Position numbers and translations under genes: made by a program | Notes under the pieces: model-generated | The model's database searches: none | What the model saw: only the letters and a program-made list of their open reading frames with translations | Told to the model about the DNA's origin: nothing | In this document: piece after piece, positions 19,855 to 29,881 of the stretch | Layout of the letters: every line of letters starts with the position of its first letter | Numbering within the stretch: position 1 is the stretch's first letter | Virus record (IMG/VR): IMGVR_UViG_3300010356_002264 | Length of the DNA: 64,000 bases | Source of the DNA: a virus | Taxonomy: Duplodnaviria > Caudoviricetes | Strand: one strand, 5' to 3'

Positions 19855-20404
19855 GAGGGGTAGTCGAGGTGGCGGACGAGACCGGAGCTGACCGCTCGGC
19901 CGCGCGCAGGAGCGCGCGGGTCGCGAGCGTGAGGGCCAGGGTGTCCTGGGTGTAGAGGACCTCGCCGCCCCGCCACAGGGAGGCGGCGTACGCCGTGGGG
20001 GCCTTGAGGTCGTCGCAGCGCACCACCTGGAGGTACAGGTCCCCCACCTCGCGCGAGTAGACGCCGACGTTCTCCGTCCAGCCGGCCGGGACGGGGGGAC
20101 GGTCCTCCTCGCGGCGGTCCACGACCATGCGGATCCCCGCGACCGTGGACCGGTCGTCGCACAGGCGGAGGCCGTTGTCCGCGAGGAACTCGGCCGCTCG
20201 CGCCCTGGCGAGGTCGAAGTACTCGTCGTGCAGGCACTGCCCGAAGCCGTCGAGCGGCAGGAGGCGGTTCTCCTCGCGGAGGGAGGACCCCTCGCCCCAG
20301 AAGTCCAGGGTGAGGACGAAGGTGAGCCGGTAGGTCGTGTCCCCGACCACGAGCGGCGCGAGGACCGGGTCGGGGAGCCGGCGGGGAAAGTCCTTGACGC
20401 CCAT
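19832..20404 (-). CDS. hypothetical protein
   Basis: TGATG coupling; GGAGG. Confidence 0.55.
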   Translation of the reverse strand: MGVKDFPRRLPDPVLAPLVVGDTTYRLTFVLTLDFWGEGSSLREENRLLPLDGFGQCLHDEYFDLARARAAEFLADNGLRLCDDRSTVAGIRMVVDRREEDRPPVPAGWTENVGVYSREVGDLYLQVVRCDDLKAPTAYAASLWRGGEVLYTQDTLALTLATRALLRAAERSAPVSSATSTTPHEDSKAP

Positions 20405-20781
20405 CAGGCGCGCGGTGCCTCCTTGGCACCCGCGGCGATCACCATCCGGGCGAGCTCCCCGAAGGGGCGCGGCTCCGCGAGGTCGAAGCAGGCGTCGGCG
20501 GCGGCGAGGACCTGGGGGTCCACGGCGATCCGCTGCGCGCGCGCGAGGCTCCCCCGGATGGCCTCGCCGACCAGGAGCGCTCGGGTGAGGTCGTCGCCCG
20601 AGTAGGCCGCCACGGTGCAGACGACGCGCACCTGCGAGGCGGGCAGGAAGTGGACGGACGCGCGCGCGAGCTCTTGGCTCGCTCCGTCGTAGAGGGCGAT
20701 GACGGCGACGTTTCGGCCGCACACGTCCATCTGGTAGGTGATGAGGGGGGAGTCAGTATCGGGGAAGTCAACGACACTCAT
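20404..20781 (-). CDS. hypothetical protein
   Basis: ATG 37 nt from motif at 20818. Confidence 0.6.
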   Translation of the reverse strand: MSVVDFPDTDSPLITYQMDVCGRNVAVIALYDGASQELARASVHFLPASQVRVVCTVAAYSGDDLTRALLVGEAIRGSLARAQRIAVDPQVLAAADACFDLAEPRPFGELARMVIAAGAKEAPRA

Positions 20782-20831
20782 GCGGAGTAGTCGATACTTG
20801 TCCGCCTACAGGAGCTGACGGCCCGCGCCAG

Positions 20832-21656
20832 CTACGCGCGTTTCTGCCTCGCGGGAGCTTTGCGCTCGCGCGGGAACACGTACAGGTGGGGGATGCAGCT
20901 AAGTCCCTGGTACGTGCGGCGCACGGCGAACTTGCTCGCCAGGTGCTTCTCGTAGCGGTCGAGGACGTTCTCATCGTGGTTGTGGACCCCGCAGTGGGCC
21001 ACTTCGATACCGAGGCTCCCACGCTTGCGCACGTAGAACCCGTGACCCGTGGGTTGGAGGTCGTTGGTCGCGTTGTTCGCTGGGGGAAACACCTTGCGCA
21101 TGTGGTCGTAGACCTTGGGGACGTCGACGGACCGGAACCAGGAGTTTAGGTTCCCCTCGGCCACGCCGGGAGGAGCCTTGAACTCGTGCCGAGGCCCGAT
21201 GGCGGACACGTCGTCTACGAGTCGAACATCCACACGACCCTTGCAGCGGGGGCAGTAGACCACGTAGCCCGCCTGATAGATGCCGTCGGAGGGGCCCACG
21301 ATGCCGGGCTTCCAGTCCTTGGCGTTGACCTGGAAGAGCGCCTCGCAGTTCGTGCAGGCGATGAGGTCCCCGAAGTGCGCCGAGGGGGCCTTCGACTTGC
21401 CTGCCATGTACCGGACGCGCGACGCGACTCGACGCGCCTCCAGGGTGACAGCCCGTAGGAGGCTGGAGGTCATGAGCGTGCAGGCGTCCGACACGTTACG
21501 AAGCGGCGGGCAGTCGACCTGGATCTCAGGCTTGTGGGGGTCGTTGAACCGTACGGTAGCGGTGGGGCGCACGATGGGGTCTCGGTCGAACCTCACGGTG
21601 GCCTGCACCTGAGCGATGTCGGGGCCTACCAGCATGCAGAAGAGGATCTTGTTCAT
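20832..21656 (-). CDS. hypothetical protein with Zn ribbon
   Basis: CTNC...CPRC; ATGA coupling. Confidence 0.6.
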   Translation of the reverse strand: MNKILFCMLVGPDIAQVQATVRFDRDPIVRPTATVRFNDPHKPEIQVDCPPLRNVSDACTLMTSSLLRAVTLEARRVASRVRYMAGKSKAPSAHFGDLIACTNCEALFQVNAKDWKPGIVGPSDGIYQAGYVVYCPRCKGRVDVRLVDDVSAIGPRHEFKAPPGVAEGNLNSWFRSVDVPKVYDHMRKVFPPANNATNDLQPTGHGFYVRKRGSLGIEVAHCGVHNHDENVLDRYEKHLASKFAVRRTYQGLSCIPHLYVFPRERKAPARQKRA

Positions 21657-21922
21657 GGGGTCCCTTGGGGGCGTCGCGGACAGGTCTGCATGAGGTGCGC
21701 GTGTCGCGCCTCTGGTCCCTTGTTTCCGCGCATCGAGACGGACGCCGAGCAGTAGGGGCAGACCCCAGCGGAGAGCGACTTGGGCTCGGCCGCGAAGTAC
21801 GGCATCCCGAACGGCTCGTGGTTGGGGTTCTCGTTGCACGCCTGGTACCACGGGTGGCCCGCCTGGTGGTACGCGCAGCAGGCGGGATGGTTTGGATGAG
21901 GACGGTCTTTTTGGGCGGACAT
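21653..21922 (-). CDS. small Cys/His-rich protein
   Basis: CPYC..H...C; TAATG coupling. Confidence 0.5.
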   Translation of the reverse strand: MSAQKDRPHPNHPACCAYHQAGHPWYQACNENPNHEPFGMPYFAAEPKSLSAGVCPYCSASVSMRGNKGPEARHAHLMQTCPRRPQGTP

Positions 21923-22722
21923 TAGGTGTTCCCTCCGACCCACTCGCCGGCCTCGTTCCACTCGCCGGGGTGGTGCGCTAGTTGCTGTATCGTCGACACG
22001 GCCACGCGGTCGATCGACCCGAGGATGACCTGCTTGCCATAGGGCTTGCCGCCCACACGAAACTCCCCGTTCTTGTGGTCGAACGACAAGAGCGACCGCG
22101 AGGTCTCCTCGTCGGTTCGGCAGAGCTCCCGGAGCATGAAGTTGATCAGCAGCTTCTCTCGAAGCTCGCTGTACCTGTAGCCTTCCTCCGTCGAGGTGAC
22201 CACCTCGCGGACCTTGCATAGTTCGGACAGCAGCGTGCGGAGGTACGAGGGGTCGGTGAACGCGCTCGCGTACCCCTTGGCCCCACGTACCTCCTCGTGG
22301 TTAGCGGAGGTATGCGCCATCGCCAGGAGCCGCAGCGTCCGTTCCCACCGAGGGGTTCCGACCGGAGGGCTGACCAAGCAGCGCGGGCTGAACGACGTTC
22401 CCGTGACGTAGCACTCTCCCACCACGGAGATCGCGTGGGCCATGACGGTCCAGTCGTAGCGCAGTCCGGCGAGGAGGACTGTGTTGGGGTCACAAGCGGT
22501 GACCACCAGCGTGGAAGGAAATGTGCTCTCGGGCGACACCGGCAGGCCGAGGAACGGTGCCAGGCGGTTGAGCACGGATGTGCGCAGTACGACGGCGGCA
22601 TCCTCGACGCCGTCCAGCGCGCGGTAGATGCGGTAGAGGTTCAGCAGGTCCGCACGCTTGTCCTCATCAGGCTTCGAGGTCGTGTTGAGGTGGAGGGCTT
22701 GAATCCAGGATGGCCGGTTCAT
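21922..22722 (-). CDS. hypothetical protein
   Basis: ATG 22722 is 37 nt from motif at 22759. Confidence 0.6.
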   Translation of the reverse strand: MNRPSWIQALHLNTTSKPDEDKRADLLNLYRIYRALDGVEDAAVVLRTSVLNRLAPFLGLPVSPESTFPSTLVVTACDPNTVLLAGLRYDWTVMAHAISVVGECYVTGTSFSPRCLVSPPVGTPRWERTLRLLAMAHTSANHEEVRGAKGYASAFTDPSYLRTLLSELCKVREVVTSTEEGYRYSELREKLLINFMLRELCRTDEETSRSLLSFDHKNGEFRVGGKPYGKQVILGSIDRVAVSTIQQLAHHPGEWNEAGEWVGGNT

Positions 22723-22774
22723 GCCGCCTAGTCGCGTGGACACCAAAGACCGGAGCTGAAGGGTATGTATCGAC

Positions 22775-23704
22775 ATGCGGATCGCGGCCATCGACTGCGG
22801 CACCAACACCATCCACCTGATCGTCGCTGACCGAACTCCCGAGGGGACGAGCATCCTGGAGCACCAGGTCGCGACCCCTCGGCTCGGCCGGGGCCTCGCT
22901 CAGACGGGGGTCATCGACTCCCACGCGGCCGAGGCCGCGCTGCGCGCGCTGCACGCCTTCCACGACCGCGCGGTGGAGCTCGGGGCTGAGCGCCTCGTGG
23001 GCGTCGGGACAGAGGCGCTGCGAAGCGCGCGCAACGCCGAGGACCTCCTTGAGTGCGTGTGGGCGCTCGGCATCCCGCTGCGCATCATCACCGGGGAGGA
23101 GGAGGCGCGCCTCTCCTTCATCGCGGCCTGTCACGCGGCGGGCATTGAGACGGAGGTGACCCTCATCGACCTGGGGGGAGGTTCGACGGAGGTCGTCATC
23201 GGGTCCAAGGGTCGTCCCACCGATTGGGCGAGCTTGCCCTTCGGCTCCACGACGCTCACCGACAGGTTCGCCGAGTCGGGTGACCTGGTGGGCGACGTGC
23301 GCGCAGCCGTTGGTAAGGCGATCGCCACGGCTCCTGAGCCGCGAGGGTCGGTCGTCTTGACGGGAGGGACGGCGAACGCGGTAGTAGGCGCCGTGGTGGC
23401 CGACGCGCGCAGGAAGGCTTCCGAGCAGGACCTGACCCACCCAAGCGGGGTCGTTCAGTGCCCCGCCAGGGCCTTCCTGGCCCTGGTGGAAGCTACCATT
23501 GGCCGGAAGGAGGAGGAGCTCGCCGCGCTGCCCTGGGTGGGACCTGAGCGCGCCAAGGTGCTCCGGGCCGGCGCGATCGCGCTCGACGTCCTCGTTGATC
23601 GCCCAACCGTCAAGCAGGTCGTGGTGACACCCCACGGGCTCTGCTGGGGGTTGATCCTCGACACGGAGTTCGGCCCGGAGGCCGCTGGGACGGGTCTCGT
23701 ATGA
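22775..23704 (+). CDS. ppx: Ppx/GppA-family exopolyphosphatase / pppGpp phosphohydrolase
   Basis: AAIDCGTNT, RLGRG, TEALR.A.N, GEEEARL, DLGGGSTE, GGT. Confidence 0.92.
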   Translation: MRIAAIDCGTNTIHLIVADRTPEGTSILEHQVATPRLGRGLAQTGVIDSHAAEAALRALHAFHDRAVELGAERLVGVGTEALRSARNAEDLLECVWALGIPLRIITGEEEARLSFIAACHAAGIETEVTLIDLGGGSTEVVIGSKGRPTDWASLPFGSTTLTDRFAESGDLVGDVRAAVGKAIATAPEPRGSVVLTGGTANAVVGAVVADARRKASEQDLTHPSGVVQCPARAFLALVEATIGRKEEELAALPWVGPERAKVLRAGAIALDVLVDRPTVKQVVVTPHGLCWGLILDTEFGPEAAGTGLV

Positions 23705-23945
23705 CGGCGCGTAGCTCGTCGAGGCGAACCTTGAGCAAGGACGGAGTCTTGACCGAGGACGGGGTGCCCGCGAGGATCGCGTAGCGTGTCTCCGCGCGGA
23801 GTGCTCGCTCCTCGTTAATGAGCCCCTCCTGGGCCGCTACGCAGAGGTGGTCGAAGCACAGGGGGTAGGTGTCCTTCTTGTGTGTGAGGGTCGTGACGAC
23901 CGGCTCCGAACAGGGGACGTACGCGCACCTGGGAGGATTGTCCAT
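23610..23945 (-). CDS. small Cys-containing protein
   Basis: ATG 37 nt from minus-strand half of palindromic motif. Confidence 0.55.
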   Translation of the reverse strand: MDNPPRCAYVPCSEPVVTTLTHKKDTYPLCFDHLCVAAQEGLINEERALRAETRYAILAGTPSSVKTPSLLKVRLDELRAVIRDPSQRPPGRTPCRGSTPSRARGVSPRPA

Positions 23946-23974
23946 GCGCCTTCCTGGGTTGTTCGTCACGGTCC

Positions 23975-23991
23975 GGAGCTGACTCAGCTCC
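23975..23991. promoter_or_regulatory. back-to-back TCAGCTCC motif (GGAGCTGA-C-TCAGCTCC), bidirectional promoter
   Basis: Each half is 37 nt from a divergent ATG (23945 -, 24021 +); CGACTA on the + side. Confidence 0.75.
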
Positions 23992-24020
23992 AAAGACCTT
24001 TTACTCATCGACTACAAGAC

Positions 24021-24941
24021 ATGTGCTTCCAGACCACGCCCTCCCTGGGCAGCTACATCGAGCTGTACGACCCGCTGTACCACCCTGTCGATGGGCGACC
24101 TCCCTTGATCGTCGCGTACGGGATGGGGGTTGACTCGACCGCCATGCTCGTCGAGCTGGTGAACCTGTCGATCCGACCCGACCTGATACTCTTTGCAGAT
24201 ACCGGGGACGAGAAGCCGGAGACCTACGCCTACCTGGCGATCATCAACGCCTTCCTGCGCGCGAACGGCTACCCAGAGGTCATCGTGGTGCGTCGCTCTC
24301 CGACGACCTCTCGCAAGAGCGGGATGGTGTACAGGACACTCGGGGAGAACTGCGTGGCCAACGCGACGCTCCCCTCGCTGGCGTTCGGTCGCAAGGGGTG
24401 CTCGCAGAAGTGGAAGCGTGAGCCGCAGGATAAGCACGTCAACGGTTGGGCTCCGGCGCGCGCGGCCTGGAAGCGTGGGCAGAAGGTCGTCAAGCTCATC
24501 GGCTACGACGCCGGGCCCAAGGACGCGCGTCGCAGCAAGATCGCCGACGACGCCAAGTACACCTACCTCTATCCACTGCGCGAGTGGGGGTGGGACCGAG
24601 AGCGGTGCGAGCGAGAGATCGCGCGCGCCGGCCTGCCGGTGCCCCCGAAGTCGGCCTGCGTGTTCTGCCCGGCCACCAAGCCCGAGGAGCTAGAGGAGAT
24701 GATCCGTCGAGACGTGCAGGTCGCCTACAAGATCATCCAGATGGAGGCGGTGGCGGCTCCGGGGCTAAAGAACATCGACGGCCTGTGGCGCAAGGCAACC
24801 AAGAAGCGGCCCGGCGCGATGACCCCCTACGTGCGAGAGGTACTCCAGCGGATCGCCGACGAGAAGGGGCGCGGCGTCGTGCGGTCCCCTGCGCTGCGGG
24901 TCCTGCGGGAGGACGACGCGAGCACAACCCCCTGCGGGTAG
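24021..24941 (+). CDS. PAPS-reductase-like (PP-loop) protein
   Basis: YGMGVDST, FADTGDEKPETY, C..KWK..P, YPL, KSACVFCP. Confidence 0.8.
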   Translation: MCFQTTPSLGSYIELYDPLYHPVDGRPPLIVAYGMGVDSTAMLVELVNLSIRPDLILFADTGDEKPETYAYLAIINAFLRANGYPEVIVVRRSPTTSRKSGMVYRTLGENCVANATLPSLAFGRKGCSQKWKREPQDKHVNGWAPARAAWKRGQKVVKLIGYDAGPKDARRSKIADDAKYTYLYPLREWGWDRERCEREIARAGLPVPPKSACVFCPATKPEELEEMIRRDVQVAYKIIQMEAVAAPGLKNIDGLWRKATKKRPGAMTPYVREVLQRIADEKGRGVVRSPALRVLREDDASTTPCG

Positions 24942-24953
24942 GTTGACGAAATA

Positions 24954-25349
24954 ATGCCCAAGCCCACGAAGCACCCCTGGCGCGACCTGGCCCGAGCGGC
25001 CCGGCGCGTGGCATGTGAGGAGTCATCCCCTCGGACATTCAGACGCCGCGTCCTGAAGCTCATCGCGGAGATCGAACGGTCGGAAGTCCTGCTCCAGCAA
25101 GGTCGGAATCGACCGAGTCCCAGCGCCCTGCACTGCCCCTGTTGTGGAGCGAAGCTCCAGCCTGTTTCTCCGCAGGACCCATACTGGGGAGACTTCTGTG
25201 AGGGCTATCGACGAGAAAACGGTACTGAGTGGTACCTCTGTCCCTCGAAGAGATGCACGTACCACGACGCCCCGCTAGTCCTCTTCAACTCCTATCATGG
25301 GTGGAACCATCCGGCCGGCGACAACTGGGCGATAGGCTGGGTGAAGTAG
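24954..25349 (+). CDS. hypothetical Zn-finger protein
   Basis: CPCC..CPSKRC. Confidence 0.55.
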   Translation: MPKPTKHPWRDLARAARRVACEESSPRTFRRRVLKLIAEIERSEVLLQQGRNRPSPSALHCPCCGAKLQPVSPQDPYWGDFCEGYRRENGTEWYLCPSKRCTYHDAPLVLFNSYHGWNHPAGDNWAIGWVK

Positions 25350-25387
25350 CTCAGCTCCAACCACCTCCCTTTCATCCCTATCCCTGC

Positions 25388-25720
25388 ATGGGAACACAGT
25401 TCATCCTGGGTGAGGTCGTCCCGCGCGCGAAGGCCGTGCGGTGCGCGGAGCTCGCCACGAAGTTCAACCAGGCGACCCCTGGGTCCGAGGTCCTCATGCG
25501 CAGCGTCGACGGGCACCTGCTCGTCGGGTTCCACGTGGGCTGGTCGGAGGACAAGAAGGTCGCGTCCCCCCTCGATCGATACGACGTCATGCCCCGCTGG
25601 GAGGCGCTTCGCAAGTACCTCAAGGAAAACGGACTCGACCCTGGCGTCGGTCGCGACATGACATTCGAGTGCGAGAGGGAGAACAAGATCCCAGCGCTCG
25701 ACACGGAGACCCCCGCATGA
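25388..25720 (+). CDS. hypothetical protein
   Basis: ATG 37 nt from motif at 25351. Confidence 0.6.
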   Translation: MGTQFILGEVVPRAKAVRCAELATKFNQATPGSEVLMRSVDGHLLVGFHVGWSEDKKVASPLDRYDVMPRWEALRKYLKENGLDPGVGRDMTFECERENKIPALDTETPA

Positions 25721-26058
25721 GCACGCACGTCTACTTCGGCTGCATCCTCGCGTCCAACCAGCGCAAGGTCTTCAACCTGCACGACCTCCCCCTGGGGTTC
25801 CAGGCGCTGCATCCCGGACCCCATGTGGTGGCTTCCACGCCTCAAAACGAGGCCGACGGACCTGCGTGGGTGGGGGTCGAGGCGCAGGGCCTCCCAGCAG
25901 GGCCGGTCCCGCTGGCGAGCCTGTCGGTGCGTTCCTTCCGGTACAGGGACACCGTGGAGCGGTGGCACGCGTTCTGCGAGTTCGTCAGGGCGGCGACCGG
26001 CCTGGACCTTGGGGAAGGTGAGCTCCTGCTCACCTACCTCGACACCGACGAGGACTAG
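25717..26058 (+). CDS. hypothetical protein
   Basis: ATGA coupling; GGAG. Confidence 0.55.
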   Translation: MSTHVYFGCILASNQRKVFNLHDLPLGFQALHPGPHVVASTPQNEADGPAWVGVEAQGLPAGPVPLASLSVRSFRYRDTVERWHAFCEFVRAATGLDLGEGELLLTYLDTDED

Positions 26059-26867
26059 CGCGACCCCTCGACGTACTTCTGCACGATCTCCCGCCACTCG
26101 TTACGGTAGCGCTCGAGGGTCGCGGCGATTATCCCGGCGACGTCGAAGCGCCGCTTCGTCTCCAGGTTGTCGCGGGACAATATGCGAGCTTGATCGCCGA
26201 GGTCGTCGAGCAGGTAGGCTGTCTTCGCGTCCACCGACTCCGCCTTGAGCTTCTCCAGGGCCGCCGTGGTCCAGACGATCTCCCGACCCCACTGTATGAG
26301 GTTCTGGGCGTACTTCTCGCCCGCCGCGATGTGCTTGAGGAAGTTCTGCGTGTATCCCGCAACGTCGTCCGAGGAGGCGATGCGCACGACGGGGACCGCT
26401 ACTCCCTCCAGGTGGGCGCGCAGCATCCAGAGGCGCTTGTCGAGCGAGCGGGACACCTCGATGTAGAGGTCGGCGGTGTCCTGGTCCCCCAGGTCAATCG
26501 ACCGGATGATGTCCTCGCGCGCGCGGTTGGACACCAGCGCCACCCGCTCGGCGAGCGCTTGCACGTGGGCGAGACCATCGAGGAGGTTCGGTGGGTAGGG
26601 CGGAAGCCCCGCCCCTGCGGCGGCCTGCTCCAGGGTGCCGCCGGCCAACGCGCCAAGCTGCACGGCGCGCTCCGCGACGTCGTCCGCGTGGTTGCGCACC
26701 TCGCCAGCCAGGTCGTCAAAGAGCCCGTGGAGCGCCTGGAACTGAGGCCCTTTGACGTTCCAGTGGGCCTGCTTGGCGGCCAGCATAAGGGCCGTGAGGT
26801 CAGCGAGGGTCTTGTTGAGGACCACACCGAGGAGGATGCGGTTCGGGGTGGGGAGGTTGATCTGCAC
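26055..26867 (-). CDS. dps: Dps ferritin-like protein with ~100 aa C-terminal extension
   Basis: KQAHWNVKGPQF.ALH.LFD, DDVAER..QLG, DQDTADL, LDK.LWML; GTG start inferred from GGAG. Confidence 0.9.
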   Translation of the reverse strand: MQINLPTPNRILLGVVLNKTLADLTALMLAAKQAHWNVKGPQFQALHGLFDDLAGEVRNHADDVAERAVQLGALAGGTLEQAAAGAGLPPYPPNLLDGLAHVQALAERVALVSNRAREDIIRSIDLGDQDTADLYIEVSRSLDKRLWMLRAHLEGVAVPVVRIASSDDVAGYTQNFLKHIAAGEKYAQNLIQWGREIVWTTAALEKLKAESVDAKTAYLLDDLGDQARILSRDNLETKRRFDVAGIIAATLERYRNEWREIVQKYVEGSR

Positions 26868-26919
26868 GCTACAGCTCCGATGATAGAGGATACCTCGCGC
26901 TCCCCGTACTGGAGGATCC

Positions 26920-28269
26920 ATGACCTGGGAGTGCCACGGCTGCGGCGAGCAGCACCCGAACATCCCCGACGCCTGTAGGGCGTGCGGAACGAAGCCCGAG
27001 ATCGTCGAGAACGTGTGGCGGTGCCGGTACTGCTCGACGGCGGGCATCCCGGCGGGCAAGCCGCGCTGCACGACCTGCGGGAAGGAGCGCGAGGCGGAGT
27101 CTGACTTCGCGGTCGACCCCTCCCGGGTCCTCGACGTTGAGGTGGGGCGCAAGCTCGCGGAGGGCACGCTCGTCAAGTGCGCCTACTGCGAGGACCTCAT
27201 CGAGCCGTTCGACGCGGCGGGCAACCCGCGGAAGTCCTGCGACACCTGCGGGGCCTCTCGTGGAGAGGCCAAGGCCGCGGCCGTGGAGCAGACGATCCCG
27301 GCGGATCAGGCAGGGACGTACCGCCCGATGCAGTACGCCGCCTCACCGCCCGCCCAGTCCCCGCACCCAGGTACTCCCGCCCAGTCGTGGCAGGAGGCCA
27401 ACGCGCTAGCCGACGAGCACGAAGATCCCCCTGGCGGGGTCTTCGCCTCGCCGGGAGCCTTCGACTACAAGCGGGCCGCGATCCTCGGTGGGGTTGGTCT
27501 TGGGGGCCTCGTCCTGCTGTTGTGGCTCGGGGGGCTCCTCGTGCAGGCGTTCCGCGCCTACCCGGTCGACGCGACGGTCACCGCCAAGCGATGGGAGCGA
27601 TCGATCGCCGTCGAGCGCCACGTCATCCTGCACGAATCCGGGTGGATCGGGCAGAAGCCTATCGAGGCGTGGGACGTGTCCTGCGCGACGAGGCAGAACG
27701 GGAACCGCCGGATCTCCGACGGGTGGGTCCCTGTCCCCACTGTGAAGTGGTTCGCCTGTGACCACCAGGAGTCCTACTCCGCCCGAGAGCCCTACATGGT
27801 CAGGGGGCAGAAGTACTGCGCCAGCTTCGCCTACAAGTCCAAGGGCAAGGTGTCGGTCAAGGAGTGCGCGGACTGGCGGACCCCTACCTCGACCGCGTAC
27901 CGCACCGTCACCAAGCAGAGGTGCGTGGGAGCCAACCGCACCGTCATCGAGTCGGTCGAGCGGTACCACTTCGAGCCCATCTGGGACCAGTACTGTAGCT
28001 GGACCGCCGATGGGGGTTGGAGGTACGCCCGCGCTCTCACAGCTTCAGGCGGCGCGCAGGACCCCCCGCGCTGGCCCGAGGTCCAGGGCCTCTCTGCGGA
28101 TGAGCGGACGTCCACGCGCACCGAGAGCTACAGCGTCGAGGTCAGCGGGGGCAAGATCGACCCGTTCCAGCGCATCCTGCTACCCGAGGTCGTGTGGCGG
28201 GAGCGGCACGTAGGCAGCACCCTGCGAGTGTGGGCTCGTCGGGGTAGCGTAATAAGCTCCAGCTACTGA
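26920..28269 (+). CDS. Zn-ribbon membrane protein with Cys-rich C-terminal domain
   Basis: Six CxxC motifs, one TM segment; GGAGG RBS. Confidence 0.75.
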   Translation: MTWECHGCGEQHPNIPDACRACGTKPEIVENVWRCRYCSTAGIPAGKPRCTTCGKEREAESDFAVDPSRVLDVEVGRKLAEGTLVKCAYCEDLIEPFDAAGNPRKSCDTCGASRGEAKAAAVEQTIPADQAGTYRPMQYAASPPAQSPHPGTPAQSWQEANALADEHEDPPGGVFASPGAFDYKRAAILGGVGLGGLVLLLWLGGLLVQAFRAYPVDATVTAKRWERSIAVERHVILHESGWIGQKPIEAWDVSCATRQNGNRRISDGWVPVPTVKWFACDHQESYSAREPYMVRGQKYCASFAYKSKGKVSVKECADWRTPTSTAYRTVTKQRCVGANRTVIESVERYHFEPIWDQYCSWTADGGWRYARALTASGGAQDPPRWPEVQGLSADERTSTRTESYSVEVSGGKIDPFQRILLPEVVWRERHVGSTLRVWARRGSVISSSY

Positions 28270-28279
28270 GGAGGTCACG

Positions 28280-28813
<534 letters not shown>

Positions 28814-29155
28814 ACCAAAAGAAAAACAGCGATCATCAGCTCCTGCCGCTTACCTGCCCTCTACTGCGAGTCAGTCCGGCTCGATTCGGACATAGACTCC
28901 GCAAAAAAGAACGAGACCTCAAAAAAACTTCTTGACCCTTAAACGGGTATGACGTAGAAAGAACTTCACCATGTTGGCCCTGACGCAAAAAACAGACCTG
29001 ACGAACCGTGGAAGTTCCACGGCCCCGTCATATCTGCGCGCAGGGACCAATCTGGTGGCGATGCCGGGTTTTGCGGCCTCGAAGCGCCAGCCCTGCCACC
29101 TTGGTTGGATCGCTAGCACGCCTGGACCTTAGAGTAACCTCGAAGAGAGCTTAAC

Positions 29156-29199
29156 TCGAAGGGCCGGGCGGTGAAGACCTCCCGGCCCTTCGACGTTTT
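29156..29199 (+). terminator. strong hairpin plus short T-tract upstream of tRNA array
   Basis: TCGAAGGGCCGGG..CCCGGCCCTTCGA-CG-TTTT. Confidence 0.55.
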
Positions 29200-29242
29200 G
29201 GGGTCCTAGGACTCCGATGGAGAACGCAGAAGGACGGTGTAT

Positions 29243-29312
29243 ATGTCGCGATCAGGGATCAGGTTGGTCTCCAAAACCGACCAGCGGGGTTCAATTCCTC
29301 GGCGACATGCCA
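29243..29312 (+). tRNA. tRNA-Trp(CCA), atypical fold
   Basis: ATGTCGC/GCGACAT-G-CCA; loop ctCCAaa; tiny D-arm; 7-bp anticodon stem. Confidence 0.75.
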
Positions 29313-29313
29313 A

Positions 29314-29386
29314 GCCCTCGTAGCACAACTGGCGGTGCGTCGGTTTCGTAAACCGAAGGTAGTCGGTTCGAGTCCGGCCGAGGGCA
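29314..29386 (+). tRNA. tRNA-Thr(CGT)
   Basis: cloverleaf; tcggt-ttCGTaa-accga. Confidence 0.9.
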
Positions 29387-29428
29387 CAAGTATCGACATA
29401 GGTGCGTGCGTGAATCGCGCATAGCATT

Positions 29429-29501
29429 GCGGGACTAGCTCATCCGGTAGAGTGCCTGGTTGCCAATCAGGAGGTGGAGGGTTCAAGTCCCTCGTCCCGC
29501 A
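29429..29501 (+). tRNA. tRNA-Gly(GCC)
   Basis: cctgg-ttGCCaa-tcagg. Confidence 0.9.
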
Positions 29502-29515
29502 CTGTAGGAACATAT

Positions 29516-29601
29516 CCCGGCGTATACCGTTATGGACACGGGGCAGACTGTAAATCTGTCGCCTTCGGGTAGGGGGGGTTCGATTCCCTCCGCCGGGACC
29601 A
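29516..29601 (+). tRNA. tRNA-Tyr(GTA)
   Basis: gcaga-ctGTAaa-tctgt; long variable arm; C1:G72; ACCA. Confidence 0.9.
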
Positions 29602-29747
29602 TGCGAGCGACCATCTATACGGTGGGCTCGCCTCTCTCAGCCCCGCAAGAGCTGAGAGGCTGACAACTCAAGAGTGAGAGATGAAGAGCGCGGGGCTCGC
29701 GCCACTTCCCGGGGTGATGCTCGAAGGTGGTCAGTCCCGCGCAGTAT

Positions 29748-29819
29748 GCGCCCGAGGCCGACTGGTGAGGCAGCTGATTCTTAATCAGTTTGAGGTGGGT
29801 TCGATCCCCACTGGGCGCA
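29748..29819 (+). tRNA. tRNA-Lys(CTT)
   Basis: gctga-ttCTTaa-tcagt. Confidence 0.88.
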
Positions 29820-29881
29820 CTCAAGGAGCCACACATGCAGACCAAACGCGCGGCGAGGGGAGCTCGCAGTCAGGACCCCGC

